From Prevotella phage Lak-C1, in sequence record MK250029.1: 32,000 nucleotides of DNA; one strand, 5' to 3'. Below the pieces are notes generated by a model. The model made no database searches, was not told where the DNA came from, and saw nothing but the letters and a program-made list of their open reading frames with translations. Of the stretch, positions 9,665-20,752 are shown in pieces. Within the stretch, counting starts at the first letter, position 1. Every line of letters begins with the position of its first letter. Position numbers and translations under genes: made by a program.

Positions 9665-10639
9665 TTATTGATGTAAAATAATTTGCAATTTGAATACAAG
9701 TCCCAATAATGTCACAAACTTATCAATAGATGTTGCAAGCATAGAATTATATTCTGCTGTTGCAATAAGAATAAGCGGAAGTTTATTTCCAAATTGCGGG
9801 CATGTTGTTAAAATAAAATCAGGGAAATCTTTACCGATTGCAAGAACTGCATCATCTGCACGTGTAGACCAATCAGCAACAAGTTTCTTATAATTATTTA
9901 CAGGATCAGGCTTATCAATTATAAGTTTAAAAAGATCTGAACAGTCATATGTATTTGATAACATATCAGCTGATAACTCTTTCGCACCTCTTGTGTAAAG
10001 ATTCTGAATCTTATTTAAAAGTGAACGCATATCAGGAAATGAACTTCTAACAAATGATGTTACAGTTTCATCTGTATATTGAATATTAAACTTTGTTAAT
10101 ATATATTTAATACGTTCAAGATAACCATTAAACAAATAAGTTTCTTCTTCTTTTGTAACAGGATCAATTATGATAACATTAAATCTTGATTGAATAGGTT
10201 CAGGTACTTTATCAATATAATTACAGTTTGCAATAAATCTTACAGTCTTATGATATTTCTCTATTGTTGCACGAAGAGCTTTCCACGCTTCAAGTGAAAG
10301 TCCGTCACACTCTTCAAGAACAACAACCTTAAGTTTTTCCTCTCCATCAAAAAGAGATGATTGAGATGCAAATGCAATAACCTTGTCTCTAATAGTATCA
10401 ATACCATTTTCAAGAGATGCATTAATTTCCAAAACTTCATAACCCTTTGATAATATGCGAGTTAATGAACTTTTTCCACTACCCTGGACACCACTAAATA
10501 AAATATTAGTTGTTAATCCATGTTGAAGAACTTCTCTAATTCGTGGTACAATAATTGCTTGATCCAATGTTTGTGGTCGTAACATTTCAGTAAATAACTT
10601 CTGTGTTACATGAGTCTGTGTTGTATTATTCTTTTCCAT
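9665..10639 (-). CDS. DNA polymerase sliding-clamp loader subunit (AAA+, T4 gp44/RFC small subunit-like)
   Basis: RPQTLDQAI…, Walker A LFSGVQGSGKSS, Walker B VVVLEECDG, sensor region TVRFIANCNYIDKVPEPIQSRFN. No TAG. Confidence 0.9.
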   Translation of the reverse strand: MEKNNTTQTHVTQKLFTEMLRPQTLDQAIIVPRIREVLQHGLTTNILFSGVQGSGKSSLTRILSKGYEVLEINASLENGIDTIRDKVIAFASQSSLFDGEEKLKVVVLEECDGLSLEAWKALRATIEKYHKTVRFIANCNYIDKVPEPIQSRFNVIIIDPVTKEEETYLFNGYLERIKYILTKFNIQYTDETVTSFVRSSFPDMRSLLNKIQNLYTRGAKELSADMLSNTYDCSDLFKLIIDKPDPVNNYKKLVADWSTRADDAVLAIGKDFPDFILTTCPQFGNKLPLILIATAEYNSMLATSIDKFVTLLGLVFKLQIILHQ

Positions 10640-10704
10640 ATATTATAATAATTAAAATATATTACTATTATTTAAATCTTATATTATAAAAATATTAAAT
10701 TGTC

Positions 10705-11553
10705 TTAATCAATTTCAGCAAGCATATAGTTACCATCTTCTTTCATATTAAGCTAGCCTGAATAGTGTTGTTCACCATTAGATGTTCTTAGATATACAAA
10801 CAAAGTTCCTAAAGATTTTATTTTATCAAAATCATCTTGAATTATTGTATTATTATCAACTACCTTCACATTAAGTAAATAATACTTCTAATTACTTAGA
10901 AAATTTTGTCCTTTTATATATTTTAAATGTGATGATATTTTTTCTAGTTTTTCTGTATGCCATATTACAGTACTAGGATGATTTAATTTTTCTATTGCAA
11001 ATAATGTATATGATATTCCGTTTAGTATTGGCTACCACACTTGTGATATGTTACTTGGTATTCCATCATTACGTGTAGACAATGCAATATAATTAACATT
11101 ATTTATATAATCAGAAAGACTCCATGTAGGTTTACATATTAATAATTTATTAGGTTGCCCATATTGTATAAATTTAAATACTACAAAATCTTTCCATTTA
11201 AATGTTATTTCTCTATATACATCACTTTTACCTATTAAAAACAATGGTTGCATACCAGTATTAGGATCAGGAGAAAATGCTGGATTCCATGACTTGATCA
11301 TTGCCTAGCAATCAGAATGAGAAGAAGTAAATTTTAAACCATTTGAATAATCAATATTCTATTTTAAAACACCTTCAAAATTATCACCTTGTTTTAATCC
11401 AAACCATATAAGATCACCTTTACTATTATTATCGAAAGGATAAGTAGCATATCCTATTCGTAAAAAATCATGCCAATCTGATTCTTTGCCAGGGGTAGTT
11501 CCACCCGGTCCTATATAAAATGTGTTATTATTATACTCTTTAAATGTACTCAT
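10705..11553 (-). CDS. Hypothetical protein, recoded (282 aa)
   Basis: MSTFKEYNNNTFYIGPGGTTPGKESDWHDFLRIGY… to …GNYMLAEID*; track ORFs 11359..11553 and 11032..11301 lie in one frame with in-frame TAGs (e.g. 11032, 10753). Confidence 0.75.
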
Positions 11554-11709
11554 AATTTCAAAAATATTTTATTATGTATGGAACATTTTGAAACCTCATG
11601 TTTTAATATACATACCTATATAAAAATAGAGAATTATATAATATTACTACTATATAATTCTCTCTTAAATTAAAATATATATTTATGAAATTATGGAATT
11701 TTGTAAAAA

Positions 11710-12531
11710 TTACTTCTCACCAAGAGCTTTCTTTACCTCTGGATCTTCATCTGCTGCTGAAGCGGTAATAGCTTCATGGAATTCAATAAATTCTTCAATA
11801 TCAGAAATCTTCAAATTCATCTTCAAACCAGCATATGCAAGATTTACACGTTCCTTCAAAATAGTCAACTTCTTATCAATATTAGAAAGTTGCTTTACTT
11901 CAAGATTAATCTTCTCAAGAATACCGCTATAAGTTACAGGAATATCTTCCTCAAATGCCTTTCCTGTTTCCTCATTATAATTCTCAAACTTTGCCATCTT
12001 TCTTGCGGTTTCAATTCCTGTACCCTTAGGATCACCCATACTTTGATACAAGAAAATCAATGTAGAATAATCGATTTCAAAATCTTTATCCTTATCAGCT
12101 TCAAGCTCTGTAATAATCTTATTAATTACCTTATCAAACTGAATCAAACCACGCCATGATCCTTTCTCCCATGTATTAAACTCTGCATTCCAATTCTTAA
12201 GGAATGTTGCAGTTGTCAATGCAAGTCCATCATCATGTGTTGCAATCAAATACTTCTTATTTTTATTCTCTTCAAGACATGTTTCAAAATCTTTCTTTGC
12301 TGCTGCAATATCATCATCAGTTGCATTTACTGGATCAATTTCTGCCCATTTAGAAAATTTCTTATTAAATTCTGCACGAACAGTTGCACGTGCATACTCT
12401 TTCTGTTCTTCTGACATCTCAGGAATACCTGCCTTTGTAAGTTCATCTTCCTGCTTTACTGGAAGTTTCTTTGTATCTTTAACTTCATCAAGCTTTGCTC
12501 CCTATTCAACTATAATCTTTTTCTTTGCCAT
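11710..12531 (-). CDS. Hypothetical protein, possibly virion-associated, recoded N-terminus (273 aa)
   Basis: MAKKKIIVEQGAKLDEVKDTKKLPVKQEDELTKAGIPEMSEEQKEY…; TAG at 12502-12504 joins the true start to track ORF 11710..12417. Confidence 0.75.
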
Positions 12532-12617
12532 TTTTGACTTAATTTATATGATTTTTATTATTATTTATATGATATAATATTAAAATAGTCTAAAAATAAA
12601 AGGTAAAGAAATAAAAA

Positions 12618-12827
12618 TTATCTCTTTACCTTTATAAACTTACCTATTTTATTTTTACTACAGTCTGAACAACTTATAATCATATCCTGATTCTTATCAA
12701 ACTGCTTATCGAAATTTTTTATCTATTTTGCAAAACTATACATAGTTCCATAATATTCTATATTCTATGAACCATGTCCCTATGTCCACATTCCTTTTAA
12801 AAAATAAATGTTTCTGTATTTCTTCAT
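12618..12827 (-). CDS. Small hypothetical protein, recoded (69 aa)
   Basis: MKKYRNIYFLKGMWTQGHGSQNIEYYGTMYSFAKQIKNFDKQFDKNQDMIISCSDCSKNKIGKFIKVKR; three in-frame TAGs; 4 bp downstream of the preceding gene. Confidence 0.6.
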
Positions 12828-12831
12828 ATTT

Positions 12832-13326
12832 TTAGAGTAACAAAATTGCCAATAATGTTGCACCACTTCCGACTAATGTAGTTACAATACTATTAACAAT
12901 ATAAATTTTCTTTTTTGATTTCAATACAGGTTGATAATTCCATACTGCCAAATATCTACAACTAAAAGGTTTCCCACTTGATGGATCTTCAACATGGTAA
13001 AATTCTGGTATTGTAACATTATCACCAAGTTTTAAATCTTCACGAAGATATTTAGAGACAAAATATGACATTTCATTTAATTTATCCATAATTTGCCATT
13101 GTTGTCCTTTTAACTGATATTCTTCTGGTATATCAATTACTTGTACAACCTCATAAAAATTATTTGTTGCTCGTAAATTACTCTGATTAAAAAAACTATT
13201 TCTATCATTTGTTTCACTTTGAATTATTTTATGAAATGCTTTTTTAATCAATTTATCAGTAGAAGATTGATGGTAATCATCTAAAAATGAATTCCACCAA
13301 TCTTTTATATTTTCAAATAGTTTCAT
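12832..13326 (-). CDS. Hypothetical protein with C-terminal transmembrane segment
   Basis: 164-aa ORF ending IYIVNSIVTTLVGSGATLLAILLL*. Confidence 0.65.
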   Translation of the reverse strand: MKLFENIKDWWNSFLDDYHQSSTDKLIKKAFHKIIQSETNDRNSFFNQSNLRATNNFYEVVQVIDIPEEYQLKGQQWQIMDKLNEMSYFVSKYLREDLKLGDNVTIPEFYHVEDPSSGKPFSCRYLAVWNYQPVLKSKKKIYIVNSIVTTLVGSGATLLAILLL

Positions 13327-13336
13327 AATGTCTATC

Positions 13337-14287
13337 TTAAATCATTTTTGCAGCCTCATCACCGGAAGCTTCAAGGTACATCTCATAAAGACCCTTATGT
13401 TTTGTCTTCATAATAGTCTCAAGAGTTTCCTTACCCTTATACAGATAATTCTTAACAGTTGATTCATTCATATTAAGCTGATCTGCAATTTCTCTGATCT
13501 TCATATCATCAACCAACTTCATTCTAAGAACCTTTGCATAGTTTCCACCAAGTTTTTCAATTTCATTGATAGATGTATCATACATCTTTACAACAAGATC
13601 ATCAGCTGAATTCGCAACCAAATCACCTTTCTCTACTGTATACTGTGTTGAATTTGTAGACATTGCTGAACTTGAATTCAACATGGCTGAATCAAACATA
13701 TCAGAAATATCATTACCAACGATATTTTCCTTATTACGCTTGTTAATTTCACCAAGACACAAGTTTCGACAAATAGTATAAAGCCATGTGCTGAACTTTG
13801 CCTTCTCAATATCATACTTATCACGAAATTCCCATGCACGTGTAAAAGTCTGAATAGCCATATCATCTGCCATATCCCAATCATGCATAAACTTAAATGC
13901 ATGACCCTTTACACCAAAATAGAAACGCTCCCAAAGTTTATTGAAATTATCATGTGTAGGATTATCAACAAACTTCTTTACAAGAATAATATCATCCTCA
14001 AGTTTCTTCTTGCTCTTAGAAGACATTTTCTTCAACTTTTCAATTTGCTTCTTATCCTTCTTGTCCAATGCAATAATAGAACTATTAATTGCATCATCAT
14101 CAAGATTGAACATTTCATCAATTTCATCTTCTGTAATTCCTGCTGTCTTAAGAACATCAAGATTTACATCAACATCCATAGAATTATTGATAGTATAATT
14201 CTTTCCAGTATTTGTAACTGAATCAATAGCGTAATTGTCGTTGTTCATATATTCGTCATTAAACTGATTTTGCATTGCGATTACCAT
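13337..14287 (-). CDS. Sigma-70 family RNA polymerase sigma factor (ECF-like)
   Basis: Region 2-like DMADDMAIQTFTRAWEFRDKYDIEKAKFSTWLYTICRNLCLGEINKR; region 4-like HTH MKIREIADQLNMNESTVKNYLYKGKETL. Confidence 0.9.
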   Translation of the reverse strand: MVIAMQNQFNDEYMNNDNYAIDSVTNTGKNYTINNSMDVDVNLDVLKTAGITEDEIDEMFNLDDDAINSSIIALDKKDKKQIEKLKKMSSKSKKKLEDDIILVKKFVDNPTHDNFNKLWERFYFGVKGHAFKFMHDWDMADDMAIQTFTRAWEFRDKYDIEKAKFSTWLYTICRNLCLGEINKRNKENIVGNDISDMFDSAMLNSSSAMSTNSTQYTVEKGDLVANSADDLVVKMYDTSINEIEKLGGNYAKVLRMKLVDDMKIREIADQLNMNESTVKNYLYKGKETLETIMKTKHKGLYEMYLEASGDEAAKMI

Positions 14288-14327
14288 ATTCTAAATTATT
14301 TTTTATATTATTAATTAATGAATTTGT

Positions 14328-15401
14328 CTACTTTTTACCAAATATGTAATTCTCTATAAAAGGATTTACTATATTCAGTTGATAGTCTAATGAACACCAT
14401 AATGGTGTTTTCACTCTTTTATTTCTGAACACAAGAAATAAGAATTTCAATATCGTTGGATATTCTATATCTTCCATTCTTGATGGAAACATATAATAAT
14501 ATTTCGATATTAGTTTAATATTTATTTCTTGATTTCTCAAAATCTCAATATTTTTCAAAATATTTTCGATGTCCGAAAAGTCTTTATTTATGATCTCTAA
14601 TGGCAGATATAACTGACATATTTTCTTAACAGGATTGTAATCTTCAGTATAATTTAAATAATTATTATTAATGAACAAGTCATAAATATTCTCAAGATTT
14701 ATAGCTTGTTTCATATTCTTTTCTTCATCTAAATGTTCCATGATTTTTTCATGAAACATTGGTGATTGAACCTTTACAATTCTGTTTATATTCTCCATAT
14801 CTGTATGTTCATTAAATGTGAGAACGAATCCCTCTACATTTTTTGAATCTATCTTATCATCCAACAAACTTAAAATTTGATACCATATCTTCTCTGTATC
14901 GCATTTATTTTCCATCAGTGATAAAATATATGCTTCATCAAAATAATCGTCATACAGGAGATTTATGCAACTAATATCGAGAAGTTCACTAATCTCTTTC
15001 AAACGACATTCAGGAAGAACACATCCAAACATATCATAACCCGATAGAAGAACAATATCATTCTTATATTCACCATTATATTTAATAATGTGATTATCTT
15101 TGTTTCTATCAAATATTTCAAAATTCAATATTTCTATATCTGATGGAATCTTATCTTCATTCTTATGAATAATGTTATATGCATTATTATACATATTATT
15201 CATAATGAGATCAAACTCATCAATGATATTTTTTGATGGTATATATGGAGCATTTGGACGCTTACCATACATCACCTTATTTTGATGCTTATAATATTGA
15301 AATGCAGAACCATCAACTTTTTCAGTTATTTGACAGTTGCAACTCAATATTTCTTTAACAGGTAATCTCTTACTCTGTAAAAACTGATATAAATGTTGCA
15401 T
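14328..15401 (-). CDS. ATP-dependent RNA/DNA ligase-like nucleotidyltransferase
   Basis: CQITEKVDGSAFQYY (KxDG motif I), EILNFEIFD (motif III-like), VEGFVLTF (motif IV) and RIVKVQSP (motif V). Confidence 0.7.
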   Translation of the reverse strand: MQHLYQFLQSKRLPVKEILSCNCQITEKVDGSAFQYYKHQNKVMYGKRPNAPYIPSKNIIDEFDLIMNNMYNNAYNIIHKNEDKIPSDIEILNFEIFDRNKDNHIIKYNGEYKNDIVLLSGYDMFGCVLPECRLKEISELLDISCINLLYDDYFDEAYILSLMENKCDTEKIWYQILSLLDDKIDSKNVEGFVLTFNEHTDMENINRIVKVQSPMFHEKIMEHLDEEKNMKQAINLENIYDLFINNNYLNYTEDYNPVKKICQLYLPLEIINKDFSDIENILKNIEILRNQEINIKLISKYYYMFPSRMEDIEYPTILKFLFLVFRNKRVKTPLWCSLDYQLNIVNPFIENYIFGKK

Positions 15402-15515
15402 ACAATATATTATTCTACTTTACTTGTTTATTAACAATGCAAAGATACATCTTTTAAGTCAAATAAAAAAACATATAATTAAAAAAGTCTATATTACTAA
15501 CATCTTTTAACAAAT

Positions 15516-15553
15516 ATAGGAGATTGAAAATATTAAATCTCCAATCTCCTATA
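15516..15553. terminator. Intrinsic terminator hairpin
   Basis: TATAGGAGATTG … CAATCTCCTATA inverted repeat downstream of the glycosyltransferase gene. Confidence 0.6.
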
Positions 15554-15569
15554 TAATAATCATTATAAA

Positions 15570-17465
15570 TTAAATTAATGTTGGTGTATAACCACATTCT
15601 CTCTGTCTATTTCTTAAATAAATTAATCCGTCTTCTCGATTCATTGTATTCTCAAATTTACAATATGTCTTTGTTTCTTCATTAAGTTTAAACCATTCTT
15701 GCTTACTATATTTAATAGGATGAATAAATTTATCATAATATTCATTCATCATCTTATTATATAATATATCTAATGATTCTTTATTCAATTTCCATTTTGT
15801 TTGAATATCTCGCATCTTCTTAATATCATATTCAAGTCTATCAGAAACACTATATGTTCTCACTTGAATTGCAATCTGAGAAAAATCATATTCTGATGGA
15901 ATATCTTTATCTATCAATAATGAATCTTCAAAAGAATGAATATAATTAGATTGTCTAAGTTTAAGTCTCATTAATCTCTTATTCCATAATCCAAATATTA
16001 AATTATCATCACATCCTAAAACTTGCAGTTCAAATTTAATAGGATTATCGCCAGACATTTTATCTAATATATCGATATTTCTTTTTGAGAATACCATAAG
16101 TTCACCTCCAGCATATATATTAAATGCTGACCAGAAACTTCCATACATTCTTCCTGTAAATATTTGTGAATCATCTTCTTGATATGCAAGGAATTCATTC
16201 ATTAATGGAAGATTTATCCATGTTGAATTATTAGTTCTGATTAAATAATCATAATTTATATTTAATTTCTTTAATTCTCTAATAGCAAATATTGTTTTTG
16301 AATATGTATGATATAAAGCATCTTCATCCCGCGTATATTCTCTCTTTATATAAATCATGTGATTACTTTCATCTACATGTGTATCTTCACCTTCTTTAGC
16401 ATCAGTATAAACCCAGAAATCAATATTCATATTATCATCGATATTTGTTTTCCATGTTTCCTGACATACTTTTTCAAGTTCATTATATACTGGTTTATCC
16501 ATACACATTGACAATACAATAAGTTTCTTGTAATTCTTAACTTTTCGTAATCTTGTGTTATAATCAACCTTAGGATGAATATATTGTTTAGGGAATGCCT
16601 TAACATCTACTGTATTACCTGGTGTATTAAACAACATCAAAGCCTGTGCCTTATCACAACTTTCATCAAAATTATTAAATGAATTAACAGCTCTATCAAT
16701 TAAATCATCATAATTATCAAAACATTTTTTTGATGACCACATTTCAAGTTTCTTTCGGATGTCTGCACGAAGCCAGCTCAAATGATGCATTTTAACTTCA
16801 TTCCATTTAAATACATGGTAATCTACTGTATATTGTTTAATCTTATGAATTTGACCATCTCTTCCGACTACGTTTTCTACTCCTGAATACGGTCTTACAA
16901 AACGTCTTGTAGGATCAGAAGGTAAAAGGAAATCAGTACATTCAAATGAATGTCTATATTCTACTCTTGTAACAAAAGGTACATACATACCATCTTTAAA
17001 CGGATATACTAAGAAATGTTTATAATCATGATAATAATTTATATACTGACAATATGTAATAGGATAATTATTATCATCTATAATTTTACATGCACTCTCA
17101 AACGCTTTCTTTGTATAATATTCATCTGAATCTATTACAATCGCATGTGTACAACCGTTATCCTGAGCATCTTGAATTAACATATTTCTTTTATCTGTTT
17201 CCTGTTCTCTTGCAGGTTTTGTTGTATCTAACTCAACTTCAACAATATTATCAACTAATTTATCTTCATCACGTAATCGGAATATTTCCTGTAAATCAAT
17301 TTCAGAAATTTTATCACCATGATAAGATAATCTCTACAATCCAATGGAAACATAATCAACAGAATCTCTAAGCTCAGAAATAATATTATAAAGATGTTCT
17401 GTTCCTTCAAATGCAATAATTAATAAACCTAATTTCTTTATGTTCTTATAATTTGTTCTCTACAT
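15570..17465 (-). CDS. Glycosyltransferase-like protein, recoded N-terminus (631 aa)
   Basis: MQRTNYKNIKKLGLLIIAFEGTEHLYNIISELRDSVDYVSIGLQRLSY…DNGCTHAIVIDSDEYY; GT-A-like with DSDE. Two in-frame TAGs join it to track ORF 15570..17183; second codon is TAG (17460-17462). Confidence 0.75.
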
Positions 17466-17980
17466 TATTATTTAACTGATTATGTTTAATTTGTACTATA
17501 TATTATACTTATATATTATTATAAAGTTTATATTTAATTAAAAAAATTTATAATAAAAATGTAGACTTTTTTCACAAAAGTAAGTAAAATAATTACTGGT
17601 AATTTGGGAATCTAAGATATTTAAAGAAAATCTAATATTTAGTAATAATTATTAATATTATTTAGAATTTGTATAAATTAATATATAAATAATATTGATT
17701 ATCAATTAGTTATAAATTATTTTTAATTTTTATTAAACTTTTTTCACAAAAATGTAGACTTTTTCTCAAAAGCTTAGTATAATAAATATGTTAGTATTTA
17801 AGGTTGTGATAGATATTATATATAATATATGAAAAAATTTAATTTATAAATCTAATTAAATATTGATTTTCTTTTGGTTCTTTTCTTTTTGATTAAATAA
17901 TTTTTCTTTTGTTCTTTCTTTTTTGAAGGTAGATCCTTTCAGAGAATAAATATAGTAAATATTTTTTTTTTAATTTAATA
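17466..17980. promoter_or_regulatory. Divergent intergenic region with repeated aaaaTGTAGACTTTTT(T)CnCAAAAG boxes
   Basis: Genes point away on both sides. Near-identical motifs at about 17553-17580 and 17749-17772, plus CTTTTTTCACAAAA at about 17736-17750. Confidence 0.55.
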
Positions 17981-18856
17981 ATGAAATTTGGCTTTGATAA
18001 ATCTATTAATGAAAAATTATCTTTTTTATATGAAACATTATTTGATGATTATGATGATATTGTTTCAGATGATAATTCATCAATAGAATCATTATATGAT
18101 CTAGAATCATAGTTTAATGAACTATTATAGGAATGGAAAAAAATTGGTTTATTTAATAAACAATATAGTTAGGAACGTTATATTGAACTGTTAAAAGAAA
18201 ATTCAAAAATAAATGATAATAATGAAATATATATTTATGCATTAGCTTTATCATTTGATAATTAGGAAATATTTGATAAATTTCTTAATTCATTTGAAAA
18301 TTATACACTTAATTTCGATATTAAATATTTAGAATTAGATTTTACATTTCATAGAAGAATGAAACCGAAATTACATTTTTCTTTTAATAATATTCCTGAT
18401 AATTTAAATATTACATCATTATAGGTATTTGGTGGTATAATAGATGATTTATCTGGATTAAATAAAGATAGATTATTAAGATTATCATTTAATAATTCTT
18501 ATGTTAAAACTATAAATGGATTAGGTTCAAATTTATAGAAATTAACTTTTGTATATGATACTGATATTGAATCTGTAACTGATTGGTCTAATTTAAAAAA
18601 TATGAATTTGTTATAGTTAGAAGTTGACTATACAAGTTGGGAATTTATTTGTATAGAACATTTATTACATTTTAATAATATGCCAGAAGAAATAATAAAT
18701 ATACCAAGAGTTTTATTCATTAATCATGCTGCATTTGGGAAATTAAGATATTATAAAAACTATATAAAGAATATGTTTATTACTGATAATCCTTAGTTAA
18801 AACCAAAAATAAGAAATTTAATAATAAACAAATTAAGAAGAGAAATTGTTAATTAA
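17981..18856 (+). CDS. Hypothetical repeat protein (LRR-like), heavily recoded (291 aa)
   Basis: MKFGFDKSINEKLSFLYETLFDDYDDIV…LEVDYTSWEF…KLRREIVN*; at least nine in-frame TAGs. Absent from the standard-code track. Confidence 0.8.
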
Positions 18857-19036
18857 TAATATATATTTAAATATTTCTCCTATATCGCATTAATTTTTGT
18901 TTATACTAATAATTATAAGCCTAATATATTTAAAGACGACATTGAATAAGTATGGTATAAAAATTTAAGTTTTATTAAATTATATTAAAACTATTAAAAT
19001 TATATTTTATATAATAAACAAATAAAAGTTTAATAT

Positions 19037-20146
19037 ATGAGAAAATATTTTGATATTCCAGATATTATAACTGATGATTTTATTATATAGAATTTTAAGT
19101 TGAAAAATACAGATAATGATATTAATCCTAGTAGAACAAGTAATATATTTTTAAATTAGTATCCAAGAATAAAAGAATATATAGAAAATAGATATGATGA
19201 TTCAACATCTATTTATGAAACATTTTATAGAATATTTCATCATATTGAACATAGACCAAAATGTAAAGCATGTGGTAAAGTTCTAGAATTTAATCATAAT
19301 CATAAATTTAGAGAATTTTGTTCATAGAAATGTGTATAGAATTTTGAAGATGTTATTTAGAAAAAATCAAAAACAAGAAAACGAAAAGTAACAGAATATA
19401 AATATTTAGGTTATGATTTTTATCAAGAAGTTAAAAAGAAAAGAGAAGCAACATGTTTAAAGAAATATGGTGTTAAATCTGCTTCATAGAGTGAACTTAT
19501 TAAAGAAAAAGTTAGACAAACAAATATAAATCGATTAGGTGTTCCATATACAGCATAGAATAAAAAATGTTTAGAAAAAATGAGACAAACTTGTATGGAA
19601 CGTTATGGTGTAGATCATAATTTTAAAATTCCAGGTATTAAAGAACATATAAAAGAAACATGGATTGAAAAATATGGTTGTGAAAATCCTATGTAGAATG
19701 AAGACATATTATAGAAAAATTTTGATTCAAAGAAGAAACACAATTCATATAAATAGTCAAAACCAGAAGAGTCATTATATGAATATCTTTGTAATAGATA
19801 TGGTACAGATGATATATTAAGATAGTATAAATCAGATTTATATCCATATAACTGTGATTTTTATATTAAAAGTTTAGATTTATATATTGAATTACAAGGA
19901 TATTGGTCACATGGGTATCACCCTTTTAATCCTAATGATAAAAATGATATTGAACGTTTAAATAAATTAATATCAAGAAAAGATAAATCAGGTTATGCAC
20001 ATGCTATTGATGTATGGACCGTAAGAGATGTTAATAAACGAGAGATCGCAAAACAAAATAATCTAAATTATTTAGAAATATTTTCAATTAAAAAAGAAGA
20101 AATAATTAATAAATTTGAAGAATATATAAAATTGAAGAATACATAA
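19037..20146 (+). CDS. Putative homing-type endonuclease with zinc finger and PD-(D/E)xK-like core, recoded (369 aa)
   Basis: CKACGK…FREFCSQKCVQ; repeated KYGVxxxxQ / ERYGVDHNFKIPGIKEHIKETWIEKYGCENPMQNEDI; C-terminal SKPEESLYEYLCNRYGTDDILRQYKSDLYPYNCDFYIKSLDLYIELQGYWSHG (D…ELQG). Absent from the standard-code track. Confidence 0.7.
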
Positions 20147-20165
20147 AAATAAAAAATTTTAATAT

Positions 20166-20725
20166 ATGAATGAAAGTTATAAAAGTCAACATAAACCTTC
20201 AAGGAATTCCAGGTTTAAACAAGGCTATTTTCATCCAAAACATCCAGAAAAATGGGTGACGAAGACCAACGAATATAGAAGTTCGTGGGAATTTTTTTTT
20301 TTTTTATGGATTGGTGTGATAGAAATCCTTAGGTTTTAAGAGTTGGATCAGAACCTTGTGCAATTTAGTATAGAGATCCTGTAGCTAATTTAGAGTATTG
20401 TCATAAACATAATTTGGATCCTAATAATCCATAGAATTGGAAAATAAGAAAATATTATGTTGATATGTGGGTTGAGTTTAAAAAGAAAGATGATGAAGTT
20501 ATAAAAGTATTCATTGAAATTAAACCATATGCTCAAACTATTAAACCAGAACCATTAAAACCTGGTGCTAAGTTAAAAGAAGTTAACCGTTATAATAGAG
20601 AGATGAAAACATTCTTAACTAATTAGGCAAAATGGAAAGCAGCTAAATATGAATTTAAAAAACGTGGTGTGTTATTTCAAGTGTGGACTGAAAAAGAATT
20701 AAGTGATAAACTACATCTATTTTAA
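20166..20725 (+). CDS. Head-completion nuclease (T4 gp4-like), interrupted by a frame change at a T14 run, recoded
   Basis: Frame 0 from 20166: MNESYKSQHKPSRNSRFKQGYFHPKHPEKWVTKTNEYRSSWEFFFF; frame -1 from about 20306: MDWCDRNPQVLRVGSEPCAIQYRDPVANLEY…YYVDMWVEF…IKVFIEIKPYAQTIKP…VWTEKELSDKLHLF*. Y-RSSWE…CD-NP…VGSE matches T4 gp4. Confidence 0.75.
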
Positions 20726-20752
20726 CATAACTTAAATATAGATTATGTATAT

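Noticed and set aside
9690-12159. Plus-strand ORFs 9690..9893, 11693..11932, 11776..12159 and 8684..8866
   Set aside because: Antisense shadows of the clamp loader, the 11710..12531 gene and tnpB.
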